From: the human T2T-CHM13v2.0 reference genome, Homo sapiens
Length of the DNA stretch: 64,000 nucleotides
Direction: 5' to 3' (one strand)
Assembly: GCF_009914755.1 (NCBI RefSeq)
Contig: NC_060938.1
The notes beneath the pieces are model-generated. The model ran no database searches, was not told the origin of the DNA, and saw nothing but the letters and a program-made list of their open reading frames with translations. Below, one piece after another: positions 14,261 to 30,828 of this stretch (positions are counted from its first letter, which is position 1; every line of letters starts with the position of its first letter). The position numbers were made by a program, and so were the translations under genes.

Positions 14261-15183
14261 GATTTTTAGCTGCTAATGGTAGCTGATAATCCAAAATGCA
14301 TGATTTTACATAGTTTTATAGAACTCAGAATATGTTTTCATTTTTTCTAATGTAAAATAATTAACACAATGGATGAGATAATTTGGAAAACTTGCACATT
14401 CTTCAGAATGATTGCTCACCCTGAGATAAATCACTTAACCTCTTTGGGTCTAGGATCTACAATTGTAGGAAAAGTAGACTGGGGTAGGTGATCACATTCA
14501 ATAAATGTATTTATTGAAACAGAATAGTTAAATATATACTAGGTTAAATAGAAGCATAGAATGGGCTTTATTTCTCATAATTCTTCTCTCATAACTGGAC
14601 AATATGATTTTTAAAACTGATGCTTCTAAATATGGGAATTATAATTGCCCACCCTGAGCTTTATTTAGAATATAGAAATTTTAATTATTCATTATCACTA
14701 CCCAGACCTCTAGGGAAGAACACACCATTCTTGGAGAAAGGTGTCACATGAAAAAACATCTTAAATAACTAAATTGTAAAAATTTAAACTTTGTATTTGA
14801 ATTTTTTTCTCCCGTATATAAATGCTACATAGGCAAAGTAAATTTTCATTAAATATTTTATTTAATATAATGTATGAATAGTTGAGCTGAGGGACTTGAT
14901 TAAACATTCTTTATATTTTATTCTTTTACCCGACTATACTGAGCTGATGATGACTTCAATAACTTCTTGATAATTGAAGATAAATAATAGCAGGAAATAC
15001 AGTCATTGTGGCATATTGATTTCAGTATCACTTGATTTATAGATGACACATCTGCTACAAAGTCTTTAGAAAAAAATACCCTGGGCTATTTCTTACGTTT
15101 CTTTCAGGCAAATTTGTATTTCAGTATGAAGATTTATTTTGTTTTTGAAATTGTTATATTGACGTCTTTTAATTCATTTAGCT

Positions 15184-15388
15184 CAAGCTTGTCCAACTCG
15201 CATGTGGCCCAGGACAGCTTTGAATGCAGCCCAACACAAATTCGTAAACTTTCTTAAAACGTTATGAGATTTTGTTGCGATTTGTTTTTTAAGCTTATCA
15301 GCTATTGTTAGTGTATTTTATGTGTGGCCCAAGACAATTCTTCTTCTTCTAATGTGGCCCAGGGAAGCCAAAAGATTGGACACCCCTG
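15184..15388 (-). mobile_element. MER30 hAT MITE
   Basis: caagcttgtccaa...ttggacacccctg termini; 8-bp TSD atttagct/atttagat. Confidence 0.9.
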
Positions 15389-16784
15389 ATTTAGATAACA
15401 TAATGAAATAAAATGGTTGTTTAGTTTGGAGATCAGTATTCTAGGCAAAGCTGTCTGAAGGAGAACAAATATAAATAGATTTCAATATATGTATTAGAGC
15501 TAGCCTGTGAATTACAATGGCTACAAGGAAATATAATGTAAAATACCACACTATGCTTTTCTTGTTATTGTTGCTTGTTCAAATAGAATGAATTTGATTT
15601 TAACATAGTCTTTCTGTTCTTTTTTAAAAAAATGTATGCAAAAGCTGTTGCTTGGCGGGGGTATTTTACATCAGAAATGCTTAAGAGATTGTAATAAGGT
15701 TGGTGAAAAACTGAGGTACATTTAATGAATATGGAATGCTATATCTGCAAATAAAGACAAAAGGGACTTTCAAAAGTGTAATTTAATGTTAATTCTCAGT
15801 TTTACTTAATAGCACTTCAGAAATATTATCTATTTTACCATTTGTTATGTGCAGAAGCTAAGAGACTTATTTTTCTGCAGGTCAGTGGCAGAAGAAGAAA
15901 TAAAAATCTTCCAAAGAATTATGAAGTTGTATCTGATTTTCAGTGTACTGCCAACACTGTCCTCTTTTATACTTTTAAGTTTCCCTTCCTTTTAGAATTA
16001 ATTCAGGACAGTATGGTTTATTAGCCTATAGATAATGACAGAATATCCAATTTTATATTACAGTTACTTTTGGCATTTGTTTTGTGTGATCAGAGATCCC
16101 CATGTAACAGTATTGAAAATGGCCACTTGAATCATTACATCTTTGTTATATGGATATATCTGTATAAGCATATAGAGACCTTGTTTAATATTTATTGAGA
16201 TTAACCATAATGATAGGTTAGTGTCTTATAAATAAGTAGAAATGCCACATTAAACACAAGTTTGCTAGATTAGGTAATTGCTGTATTTCATGTGGGTCAT
16301 GGGTCTCTGGGAAGAAACCACATACTGTAAGTTAAAATTAAGTCCCCAGTTTATTTGATCAGTAATACAAAAGCTTATTGGACATGGTAATGCCATATGG
16401 AGTAGAAATAGATATAGTATATCTAAAAATAGCTTCCTGTGGTCCTTTAGAGTCCCCAGTGGGGTCATAAACTGCCTGTGCAGTTGTCCACACAAGGTAA
16501 CATCTTGCCAGATCTAAGCTGATTTCTTGCTATGCCATAATCCTTTTATACCTGGAGCTGATGTCACCTTTCTACAAGAATATGCACAATTTATGCACTT
16601 CCATTTAAAGGAATGTGTACAAGCTTCTAGGATCTATTAGTTCTTAAACCAAACCTGTGTCAGTAATACCCTATTCTGATCCTTGAGAAGAAAGCAAAAG
16701 TCATTTCAAGGTATCTCAATAATAAATACACCTTTGGCTTCCCTGCACTATGGGAAGTGCATCTCTTCAAAATACTGATAGTGC

Positions 16785-16813
<29 letters not shown>

Positions 16814-16815
<2 letters not shown>

Positions 16816-17141
16816 GTCATGCGTTGCTTAAGGGCGGGATTACATTCTGAGAAATACGTCATTAGGTGATTTTTGTGGCTGTATGAACATCATAGAGTAT
16901 ACTTACATCATAGAGTGTAGTAGGCTAGTGTGTACTACATACCTAGGGTATATGATATAGGCTATTGCTCCTAGGCTACAAACTTGTACAGCATGTTGCT
17001 GTACTGAATACTGTAGGCAGTTGTAACACGATGGTTAAGTATTTGTGTAAACATATCTAAACATAGAAAAGGTACAGTAAAAATATAATCTTGTGGGCCT
17101 ACTGTTATATATGCGGTCCATTGTTATGTGGTGCATGACTA
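16814..17141 (+). mobile_element. Tigger3a (MER7A) TcMar MITE flanked by (TA)n
   Basis: agtcatgc...gcatgact terminal inverted repeats and a Tigger3a body. Confidence 0.85.
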
Positions 17142-17883
17142 AATATATATATATGTGTATATAATACTGTATATAATACATATATATGTATTTTCTATCT
17201 TGTAGAAAATACATGTTATGTGTGCGTGTATATAACACACTATGTATACACAGACACGCACATACAAACACACATGGAAGTTTGTTGAAAACCAGCAAGT
17301 TGGTTGATCACTCATTATTATTTGATTGTTTTTGATAGGTATTGGTAGCTTCCAATAACTAGAGGTCAGTGAAAAATATAGGCTTCCTCCCCCATAATTC
17401 TGCTAACATTTAATATGTTACAGTGAAGACAAGACTCAAATTGGGGAAGTTCATACTCTGTCTTTTTAGGTGTTCCTGCAATATCTTATATGAAAGATTA
17501 TCTTGAGAAAGTTGTGACCTTATTCCAACAACAGGATTTGATCATCCTTCTGTTCAGGCATCAGATAATAATCTGAATCAGCCCCTAGACACAGTGTGGA
17601 TTGGAATCTAAGCCTAGAGCATCATTCCAAAGAGTATTGGCTACTGGATTTACTAAATACTTACATATTGTTCTCAAAGTTGGTAGTGCTTCTGTAATAT
17701 TTCTAGGTATTTCACATAAGTTAATTTTACCCAGCAAAATACTATTTCTAGAGTCCATTTAGCTTACAATAAACTTGCTGGTTTTTATAGGAAATAAAGC
17801 TCACTGAACAGCTTGATATTGCTGCTGCCTTTGGGATGTAGGTGTTTGATGATGTAATAGTTAATTAATCCTGAAGTGTTAAT

Positions 17884-17988
17884 TCCCAGACCTACTGAGT
17901 CATAAACTCTGGTGATGAGGCTCAGTAGTCTGTATTTTAACAAGCTCTCAATGTGCATCTGATGCACACTAAAATTTGAGAACCACTG
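17884..17988. mobile_element. MER5A hAT MITE, partial
   Basis: cccagacctactgagtca...tttgagaaccactg. Confidence 0.75.
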
Positions 17989-19179
17989 TCCTAAAGTACA
18001 ATAACATTTTGATATTTAAATTACCGACAGAGAAAATTCATAACAGAATAAGAAGACTAACAATGAGTCATCTTTGGGATTTTATTATAACCAGTTAGTC
18101 TCAGGTACCTGGTATTTACCCGTGAAGTAAACATTTATTATATCTTGTGTCCTGTTAAGTATAGCACATAATGCATTATGATGGGACTGAGGTTCAGTTC
18201 AAAAACTATTCAGCACCTTCTATTTATTCATTTTAGGATACTGCTGCTTTTGTAAGACTTAACTCATTTATACAGCCAGAGCTTTTAGTCACAGCAAGAG
18301 CCTTGAAAGAAGAATGTAAATAGAATATTGCTATGCATGTTTGTGTCAAAGGATATAAACTGACACATGTAAATTTTAAATATAATTTACTTTATCCATT
18401 CCAGTCGTGTCCAGTTAAAACCTACTGGAATCTTTTTTTTTCATAGTTTATCCATGTATGATACGTGAGTTTGTATATTTTATTATTAATGGATGTCAAC
18501 CATTTTTACCTTTTTTGTTCTACCCATAATTTTCTTCCTCGAATGATGCCACTATTGCCAAATTAGCAAGAAGATATTTATGACTTTTCTGTTTTCTAAG
18601 AGGACTTTTGCATATTCACATATAAATTGTGGTTTAAGAAAGATACACATTGACATTTTGACAGATTTTAATTTTCTTAGGCTTGGCAGGATACAACTAC
18701 TTTGTCTGTTACATCTGGATGAGACCATTAGAATCTTGTTGCTATAACTGTAAGTCATGGTGTTGAATTTGCCTTTGCGGTATAGAAAATAGAGCAGTGT
18801 ACTTGAATATACTCTGCAGCATAGAGACATAGCGTGAAAGGAGCATAAGTGTCACATGATGAGTTGAGCTAGCATTTTTTTCTTCCATCCAATTAAAATA
18901 ATATATAAGGTCATGAATATCCAGTTATGGTTGTATATCCATATTCTATTTGTGATGAACACATGATTTCTTCCATTTTAAATTTATATATTTTTTTTCC
19001 TGGAAGTGTTATACTATTCTGAAATATTTTGATATAAGAATATATTTACTTCATTATTTTTAGACAAATTTATAATGTTGGCGTTTCGTGATCTCTGTTC
19101 ACCTCATTAATGTTTACTCTTAATACTTTCTAATTTGCATCCTAAACTTAAGCCTTTATGCTGAACAACCCACTATGCT

Positions 19180-19556
19180 TCATGTCTGTGCCTTTACACA
19201 TTTTACTATTTTACTGATTCAGCCCCATCCCCAGCTGTCCTAAGTATTTTTAGTAAGTGTTGGTGGTTCTTTAAAATTCAACCTAAGCGTGTCTTCTTCT
19301 GAGAATCCTTTCTTGACCTCATTCATCTGAATTAGGTGCCCTTTCTATATGTTCACCCAGCAGCCATGGCCTGCTCCTGTCATTGTACTCTCCACAGTTT
19401 GATAACTTTTAGTGCATTTGTCTTTTAGCTGAATCTTAAGTGAGTATTTTGATGGAATGGATTATATCTTATTCATCCTTGTATCATAGTGTTTAGAATC
19501 TGGCGTCTTTAATAAAGTGAATTAAATGCTCATTGAATGAATGAATGAATGAATGA
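19180..19556 (+). mobile_element. L2 3' end with (TGAA)n tail
   Basis: L2 3' motifs ending in ttgaatgaatgaatgaatgaatga. Confidence 0.7.
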
Positions 19557-19891
19557 GCCCAGTTGATTTGGGGAACATTGTACCTGATTAAAAAATCATT
19601 CTTTGTATTCTCAGGAGATAACGGTCATCTTAGACATGCTGATCTATGCCTGTTATATCTTTGATCCCACTTATTACTTAGTCCAGTACCTCTGGCATAG
19701 TGAATGCTGCATGAATGGATTGGAATTAAGGGCTGTATTTTATATAAATCATAAACATTTTCTTCTGTAGATTTAATTATTTTATAATTAAAACTTAACA
19801 TCTTTAGATGCCATCTTTTTTTAGAAAAAGATTTTATTGATCTGCCTTTTACCACTTTGATCAAAGTACACCTTTTGGGTTTCATGGTTTT

Positions 19892-20078
19892 ATTTCTTTT
19901 TCTTTTGTTTTTTTCTTTTTAGACAAGATCTCACTCTGTTACCCAGGCTGAGTGCAGTGGTGTAATCACTAGCATGCTCACTGCAGCCTCAACCACCTGG
20001 GCTCAAGTGATCCTCTTGGTTCAGCCTCCCAAGCCAGCTGAGACCACAGGCACATGCCATCAGGCCTGGCAAATTTTT
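19892..20078 (-). mobile_element. Alu right monomer (FRAM or truncated AluJ)
   Basis: Only the right arm is present; J-type ctgggctcaagtgatcctc. Confidence 0.85.
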
Positions 20079-20600
20079 GGGTTTCATTACATTTGACTTT
20101 TTGTTGTTGTTGTCCAGCCATAGAATTCTTGTCAATATTATATAGTAGTTTCCTCTGAAATTTTGCATTTTCATGTCATTGTGAAAGGTATTAGAGATAA
20201 TATTTTTTGTAGGTCAGGCCACAATCACAGTTATCACTGTGATAAAATAAAAAAATGTACACTGCCATTCATAACCAACAGGAAGATCTGGTAAAACTCT
20301 GATAAGTACCTTATGGGCTCTAGGCAACATAAGCGACATTTAATTTATTTAGATTGCTGAAAATAATAAGCAAAAAAAAAAAAAGAATGCTGAGTCAAAT
20401 GCAATTAATTTAGCATCTATAGTAACTTGGTTTTAGTGATTTTAATGATTAATTAGAAAGTGCATAGAAGCTGTGAAGCTGTTTGCTCTTCCCAACCCTA
20501 TATTTTGATATTAAGGATCTCATCTTTGTTGTGTAGAATAGGCAAATATTTAGGAAGACAGCAATTTATTTCCATTAAAATATCCGAATTAGCCAGCTAA

Positions 20601-21204
<604 letters not shown>

Positions 21205-21894
21205 TGTTTACTTCTTAACATCAAACTTTGAAACTCCTTATTTAAAAGATTAAAGAAAGTGAATTACTGTCTATCACTGTTGCTGTTTGCTTATTAGGGA
21301 TATAAAAAATGGGATAAAGATAGAAATATAATAGATCAGGTGGTAACAGAAGGAAGTAGAGAAATTCAAGAGATTGAAGACATGTAGATTCAGAGTCAAG
21401 TTCTAATATTTTAATGCATCTTCTGTGTTAGGATCTAAGTACTTTCACATATATTACTTGTAATTTAATATCAAGTGAAAATTAGTTTGTTTTGCCTTAG
21501 GTTCTTCTTTGTCATCTTTCAGTACTTAACTCCTTAGTTTGTATATGTTTGTATTTGGCATCCAGTTTGTAAGACTTCATCCATTCACGTAGTCCTTCAT
21601 TCAGGCTTTGTAGTCAGACAGATCTAATTTATATTCTATATTGGCTGTGACAATTTCTTAAAATAAGACAATAGTACGTATTGCATTTTGGAAATATATA
21701 TAACCTATAATTATTTTAACAGATATTCCTAATTGTTTATACATTTCTTGATTAAACTAATTTATTTACAAACAGATCTGTTTCATTTGCCTCCCAACTC
21801 AACTGTTAGGATGTTTGCTCCTGCACGCTTTCATGGGTTTGCATTTGCCCCCTCCCCATTTTATAATTCTCTAACCTACAGAATGATTGATTTC

Positions 21895-22213
<319 letters not shown>

Positions 22214-22649
22214 GGAATGATTGATTTGAAATGATAGCCAGTGTAAAGTTCTGTCTATATAAATAATATGAAATGACAGGAAGTAACATAAACATGTACT
22301 TCTAAAAGTATGGATATTTTAAGCTGTTTGTTCTTTTGATGCAACTATGATTACTTGTGTTTTAAAATATACTTTTAGACAAGGAATAAAAAAAGTAAAT
22401 ATAAATGCTTTTTCATAAATTGTTAAACAACAGTGAAGATTGGAAATTGGTGGGCATGTCTAATTAGCATAGTTTCCTTCGGAAATATTGGCGTTTGATT
22501 TCCTCAAAGCTGACACAACTCAGCATGTGGAAGTCAGGCTGCCTTGCCCCAGAAGGAAACTTGCTGCATGGTGCCTTGTAACATAATTACTGAAACAGTA
22601 AGCAAAGTAGTAGAAATAGCAAGGGATGGAAACAGTTCCTAAAAATTAA

Positions 22650-23400
22650 ATATTGAGACTGAAGAAAGACTTGACATAATCAGAGAGAATATGGACAAGC
22701 AAGAGATTAAAACATAGAGAATGAAATAGATATGGATAACCAGTAAAGATCTAGCATTAAAATAATTGCATAGAGAATAGAAAATATGGAAGAGAAAAAT
22801 TATTCAAAATAATAAAGACACTTTCCCTGAAAAGGAGAAACACATCCTCAGGTCAAAATGATATTTTGGGTCCTGTGAATTTTGATTGCTTGACATATCT
22901 AGGTTAAATAATAAAACCGATATTTCTCCAGGTATCCAGAAAGAAGAATATATCATTTCAAAGAGGGGGAAATCAGGCTCTTGCTAAATTTCTTCCTAGG
23001 AACAGTCAGTGCTGGAGATGAATGTAGCAATCTTTTTACATTTCTGAAATAAAGAAAATGTGATCTAGGAATGCAGTTCTTAGCTAAGACACCAGCCAAG
23101 TATAGATTCAATAGGCAGGCATTCCCAAATACCCTCAGTCTCTCTTGAAAAATATATCATTTAATTAGGATATTGAGCCATTTAAAAGATAAATTGATAA
23201 AATTGGCAGTAACATCATTTAATATGAAATGCTAGACATTTATGTAAGTTATGATTTTGGAATCTAATGTATTTGATATAAAGTTTAACCGTGAAGAATA
23301 GCATGCCAACAAAATTTGGAGTTGGAAGTATTTTCATGTTTCTGTTAATAACATCTAAAATTTAAAATATAAAGACATTAGTCCAGTATATTAATGTTTT
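22650..23400 (+). mobile_element. Ancient L1/HAL1 ORF1-like fragment
   Basis: A-rich sense tract with ORF1-region motifs (gggaaatcaggctc...aaatttcttc; aaaatgtgatctaggaat). Confidence 0.5.
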
Positions 23401-23633
23401 TGACAGTTTTTTAACCTTAGATCTTTTTAAAAATATCCATTTGAAATTGAGGAACTCATGCATTTTCACTGAATTTGTGCTTCTATCAAATAAAAGTAAA
23501 ATTAAATGTACTATATTTTAAAAGGACAAATAATTTCCTCTAATTTTGTAAAAGCTTTTTAACCTATTTTGACATATTTGAGGGGTTTTCCCCCCTACAC
23601 GTTTTCATCTCTGTAATTCTTTTAAAGAGTATG

Positions 23634-23945
<312 letters not shown>

Positions 23946-24849
23946 TTACAAAAATAGGAAATATTTGTATATTTAGGAAAACGTTATTCACTGCAAAAGA
24001 ATTTTTATGTATTCAGGAAATAGTTATGATCCTCACAGATGAGAAAAAGTGAAGTTCAGAAATGATATGACTTAAGTCAAATATTTAGTTAATTTTATAA
24101 GCAGGCCAATAGTCCAAGTCTTTTGAATCTTTGGTAACTGATCTGTTACTGCGTTACACAAGTGATAATATTTAGGAATTAATATATTTCTAGAGCAGTG
24201 CCATATGTAGCCACAGTGTGTCACAAAGAGAACAAATAGTATGTGTGTGTATAGGCTGAAAAATTTTACCAAGACAAACGTCTGTATAGTACCTGTGCTA
24301 TTAATATTTTATGAATAAAATTATATTGTCTAGGTAACTTTTAGGCATAAAGATGGCAACACAGTGGATCTGTGAGATTCAGGACACTGAATCTAAAAGT
24401 CCACTTGGACTATTAAAATATTGCTAAATATGAATATTTCTGGGGCTTAGAGTTGCACAATTACTTTGAATGTATGCATGCCTGATTTTATAAAGGCAAA
24501 TGCATCCATGTATTAGTTGTGTGGTTGGTAGTCAGTCTGAATTAATGACAAATGTGAATTCTGTAACATTTGATGATAAATACAGCTTTATTGCTTTCAG
24601 GTTCATGTAAACCAAAGTAAATCTTTACTGTTTCCAAGTTGACAGCCCACTGAATCTGATATAATTAATAGATGATGGTAATTGGTAAATAGTGCCATCC
24701 ATTTTTACTGATAATTAATGTATTCACTTGTGTTCTGAAGAAATTTGTTTTTAAAACACTGCCACCAACCTTTACCCCAGCAAATATTTACAGAATTTAC
24801 TTTTAAAACAAACATTATTTTAGAGTTTAAGAAAACTGACACTACCTAC

Positions 24850-25340
24850 TGTTCTAGCTTAATTTTCCACTACTCCTCCTTCCACCTTAACCTCCCTTTT
24901 CATCTTCATTTCCTGTTCTCCCCTGTACCCTATGCTCTAGCCATATAAAATAAGTTCATTTTTACTGAATGTGGCATGCTCTTTCACACTTCTTTTCCTT
25001 TGCACATGCTCTTCCTTCTGTTTGAAATGTCTTTTCCTTCATCCCCCAACAGACTTTTCCTTGACATGGTTCACTATGGCTATCCTTTTAAAGTTCTTAA
25101 TTATACCAGGCATTATTTATCTCTTCTTGCTATGGTCTAAACTCTCATACCAAATTATCGCTGTTATTACATGTGCTGCAATTTGTAATTTGTGTCTGAC
25201 TTTTCCACAAATTATGAATCTGACATTTCCAGATTGTAAAATATTTGAGGATAGTGGCTGTGTTTGTTTCATGTTTGTGTGCTTAAGTACTTGGCATGTA
25301 ACAAGTACTTGGCAATTTTTTAAAAATGAGTTGTGACTCT
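24850..25340 (+). mobile_element. L2 fragment
   Basis: cctttgcacatgctcttccttctg...agattgtaaaatatttgagga. Confidence 0.6.
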
Positions 25341-25362
25341 TAGTCCTGCAGAGATCATATTA

Positions 25363-25687
25363 CTGTGGTCCCCTTTATCCATGGTTTTGCTTTCTGCAGT
25401 TTCAGTATACACAGTCAACTGTGGTCTGAAAATAAGATTTTGAGAGAGAGAGAATGCAAGAGAAAGACCACATTCACCTAACATTTATTACATTATCTTG
25501 TTATAATTGTTCTATTTTATTATTATTCTTGTTAATCTCTTAGCTGTGCCTAATTTATAAAGTAAACGTTATAATAAGTATATATGTCTAGGAGAAAACA
25601 GTGTATATAGGATTTAGTACTATCTGCAATTCAGGCATCCACTAGGGGTCTTGGAACAGTATCCCCACAAATAAGAGGGAACTACTA
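25363..25687 (+). mobile_element. MER44A (Tigger7-derived) MITE
   Basis: gtcccctttatcc...ataagagggaactac terminal inverted repeats; gaccacattcac body. Confidence 0.85.
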
Positions 25688-26093
25688 TGTCACATTTTCC
25701 TTTTCTTTCTCAGCCCCTTTATTTCGCTCCTTTTTCTTGTCGCTCTCAATCTCTTTTACTTTCCTCCTCTTTCCCCTACTCCCTCCTTTTCAACTTTGTT
25801 CTTTTCTTCAGTGTTACACAAAAGACAGACATTTTTAGAAGTGTTTGCCAGGAAAAGAGTGTTATAAAATCCACCAATGGGTACTGCTTCTTTGTTTTTA
25901 CATGTAATCTAGGTAGATTTATTTATGATGAAATATTTAGAAAAGGAATACTGATTTCAGTAGAAACTTCTCTTTTAAATGTCAAAATCTACAATAGCAT
26001 TATTTAATGAAACTCACATAGAAGAAATAAAGGATCATGGGCCTATGTAAACTTGAAAATAAGAACTTGGCATAGAGACTTAGAATTCTATAG

Positions 26094-26470
<377 letters not shown>

Positions 26471-29148
26471 TGTCTTAAATGTTTTGACTCAGACTGGTTC
26501 AACTTCACTCACTCAGTTTAAAGACCTCTCTTCTCATTTCTTTCTCTTCACAGTAATAAACTTACTTTAATTAAATTTTTGACACAACAAGAGATTTTCA
26601 TTTTTTAAAAGATGATGCATAGACATGGTAAACCATCCAAAGAGTACAAAAGGGGTATACATTGGCATGATATTTCTGCCACAAACCCAACCCCTCAGTT
26701 TCTCTTTCTAGAGGTAACATCTTCTATTAGTTTCTTCTGCTTCCTTTCAAAGATATCCTCCCTATCTTAGGGGAAAGAAACAGAAAGATACGACATACCA
26801 ATGGGTAACACCATCTGTTGGAGTAATTTCCTAGCATTTTTTTTGTTGAGAGCTCTGATTACTTGATTTTGTCCTTATAAGTTAACATTTTTTTTCTTCA
26901 TAACCTTGCACAAAATAAGAATCATTTGATGACCATGAGTTCATGGCAGAAAATTGAGTATTTTAATAACCGTTTGAAACAGGAAAAGCATTGATTGGTT
27001 CTCAGTCTTTGGAATTAGAAACTTTGCAATGAGTATGTTTTCACCCAGCATATCCAGTTCATTTATCACATGGTATAAAAAGAAACTCACATGGAAGGGG
27101 ATGAGTTTATGCTGAAATCCAAACATCTTGACTTAACCTGCAGAATTGTTTTTATGTCTTTGCATCATGGAGTCAAAGAATAGGTACCATTGGAAAAATC
27201 CCTTAAGATGTCTCTCTGTTTCTCCTCTTGACCAAACTGGGGGGGAATAATAATAATGAAAAAGGTTTAATTGCCTAGATGGGAGCCTGGTAGAACCCAA
27301 TGTGTCATTCATCTGTTACCTAAATGTGGATTAGTATCTGGAATACATTAGGTAAGAATCACAATATAGGGTAATTCTCACCTCCATAGAAAATAAAGGG
27401 TTCTAAAACACTACCACATAACTTAAGGGTTCAGTAACTCAGAGAAATCCTGCATAAACGATTGTTTTTCTAGTCTCCTGGTATTTGTTGGAAATAGGTT
27501 TCATACTTCAAGGTGATACATGTCTAAGGGCAAAGGATAGTAGTATTCTTTCACCTTCTGGCACTCCATCTCCCTGGATAAAATTCTCCATGGGGAAAAT
27601 AGGTGGTGGTATTTCTGTACTTTGGGAATTTTAGACATTTGTCATTTCATTGTTGGGGAAAAACAACATTTCTGGTTTTGACTTGGCAAAATGTTATGGC
27701 CTTCAGTTTGTGTTCTTTTACCTATAGTTTATTTGAAAAATACACATACACACATAAAACATACATTTTTCTACAGTAATGGAAGAAAACAGAAACTACT
27801 TTGTCGACATTTTGGAAACAAAGCCTAGAAGTATTTGTGCAAAAGGTTAATTCCTCCTTCACACAAAGAATAGTGTGAATACATTTAAGTTATTTAAATG
27901 AATGTGAAGTTAGTTTAAAATTTTTCCATTTTAATATGGAGAAACTCGGATTTACTTTTGGAGTTGGTATTAATGGTCTATATGGGTTTCTCTTGGCCTA
28001 TCACTTGTCATTGTTTTCAATAAAAGGCAAAAAGCAGTTGTTCAGGTTTAGACTGAAGTATTTAAGAACATGAAAGGGGCATGAGATTCTACTTCTGAAA
28101 GCTTATGATACATTATATCTTTGAAATTCAACTCCCTTGTTCTGACAAGTATGTTACACATCAGCCAGGCAGCAAGATAATATACAAGAAAAATCCAAGT
28201 CTTTCTTTGAAAGGATTAACCTTCAGTTGGTAACTTACCTCCCTGGGGTTTTGTGTAGCTTAATTAGCATTGGCAAAGCAGCTTGATACTGTTGGATGAA
28301 AGGCAGGTAAGTTATTAGAGGTAAGATAGAGTTATGATTGTGATTTTGCAAACAGATAATCATTTTTTTCATTGGTGACATGAGGGGAAGCTGAGGAGGA
28401 TCTTTATCTTGGGTCTTAATCTCAGGTAGTATAGTTTGAAGCTAGAATGCTTTATGAAGGAGCTCCATGTTTAATATCTCAGCTGAAAATTAGTTGTTGC
28501 CTTTCTCTTAAAGTATTGTGGCATGTAAACCAAGAGAAATGTGCACTATTGAAGCATTGAAGCAGGCTTTTTTTTTTTTTTTGGTGTATGTCATATATAA
28601 TCTAGTAACAGCATACTTTACTTATGTGATTAACACCACAGGCAAGTCACATACTGTAACAATTTGCATGAGATGGTTGTAACTAAAAAACATGTAAACT
28701 CTATTGCAAGATACTTAAAAAAAACTGGGAATAAACAAAAGGACATTGCTTCTAGATCTCACCTAGTTCTTCAGAAAGTTTCTTATTAACTGAGGGATTA
28801 ATTATGAAGATTTTTCTGCGACTTTGCATATGCAGCTGTATATACAATTGTTTTTTTGTCAGCTTCATTTTTAAAACAGGCACTAAATCCCTTTGGATAT
28901 ATATGAGAGCTTTCACTTTGGTTTTGTGTTATAATTGTTCCTCTGGTGTAAAGTAGTTCATGAAAAAATGGTTGAGTGCGACTTGAAATAAAGTATATTT
29001 AAATTCTAGACAAAAGAATGACTAGATTTGAGTGGTGGGGGAGAACTGACCTATTATCTATTTTTTTTCCTTCATTCAAGCATAAGTGGCTTCCTATAGA
29101 GGAATTAATTGTGTTCTCTCAGAGAATACCTAAGTGGTGAGGTCTGCT

Positions 29149-29215
29149 TGCTAGCTAGCTAGCTACCTACGTACCTACCTACCTTCCTATCTATCTGTAT
29201 TAGATAGATAGATAT
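29149..29215. repeat. Compound tetranucleotide repeat (CTAG)/(CTAC)/(CTAT)/(ATAG)
   Basis: Seen directly. Confidence 0.85.
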
Positions 29216-30287
29216 ATTAAAGGAGCTGTTCAAACTTCAGCCTTTGGTGGAAGGCAAAAGAAGACTCTACCAGAGGACCTGATACTAAGCTTACATTTAA
29301 GGGATTTTATTCTTTTGAGTAAATAGCCTAGTTCTGTCTAATGATACTAAAAGATATTTCATTCTGAGTAGGACAGTTTATCTTCTAGAACATCCTTAGA
29401 AGTTTTCATGCATATTCAATCTCCTTTTCCCCTTTAAATAATCCCTATTGATCTGCAGTCTGTTGAGTTATTGAAACTTTATTTGAACCTGAATGTGTTG
29501 TCAGCATTGGGAACAATGCATCTCATGTATTTCTGTCTTTTGTGGAAGATACTCCTCTCTTCTACTTGTTGGGAAACTAGTATCTTGAGTCATTCTTTAA
29601 TGCATCTTTCATTCAATAGACATTTCTTGGACACTCACTATATGTCAGCATCTGGGCTGGACCAAGGCATGTTCTATACATGGTATTGGTATGGTTTTGG
29701 TAATCTGGTAATTTCTTTTGCATTTTCTTCACATCCTCTGAGATCATGTAATGTATCCAGTTTAATTTCTTTCTATAATACTAGTCTTTAGGCAATTGGT
29801 CAGTCCTTCTAGGCTCTAATGATGTTTATAATCCCCAACATAATTCTATAGGATTTCCAGTGTAATCCTAGATTATTGATTTTACCTTATTTTCTGAATT
29901 ATTTCCTTGAATCACTGTAAAACATAATCACTTGCACCTCACTCCTTTTTTGAATCTTTATGTGTCAATACTTGTATGCCTTTTACTTAAAGTGATAAAG
30001 AGTAGTTTAATAGTTGTAATAAAGAATAATATAACTTAAATGAATATTAAAGTTAAGAGGGGAATCTACTGCATTCATTTTGAAATAGGAAAAATTGCAA
30101 TAGCAATCAAACCAGATTTTCTTTTGTTCTTGAAATGTTCAAAATTTGTCATGAACATTATAGATTCTGTGTTTCATAGTGTATAGATACAGATTAATAT
30201 TGTCTGTAGAATACCCATGTAAGGGAATGTGATATTAATACAGAAATTAAAATAGCCGTAAAATGATGAGCTTCTCTAAGGTGCGCT

Positions 30288-30813
<526 letters not shown>

Positions 30814-30828
30814 TAATTAGTGAAAAAC

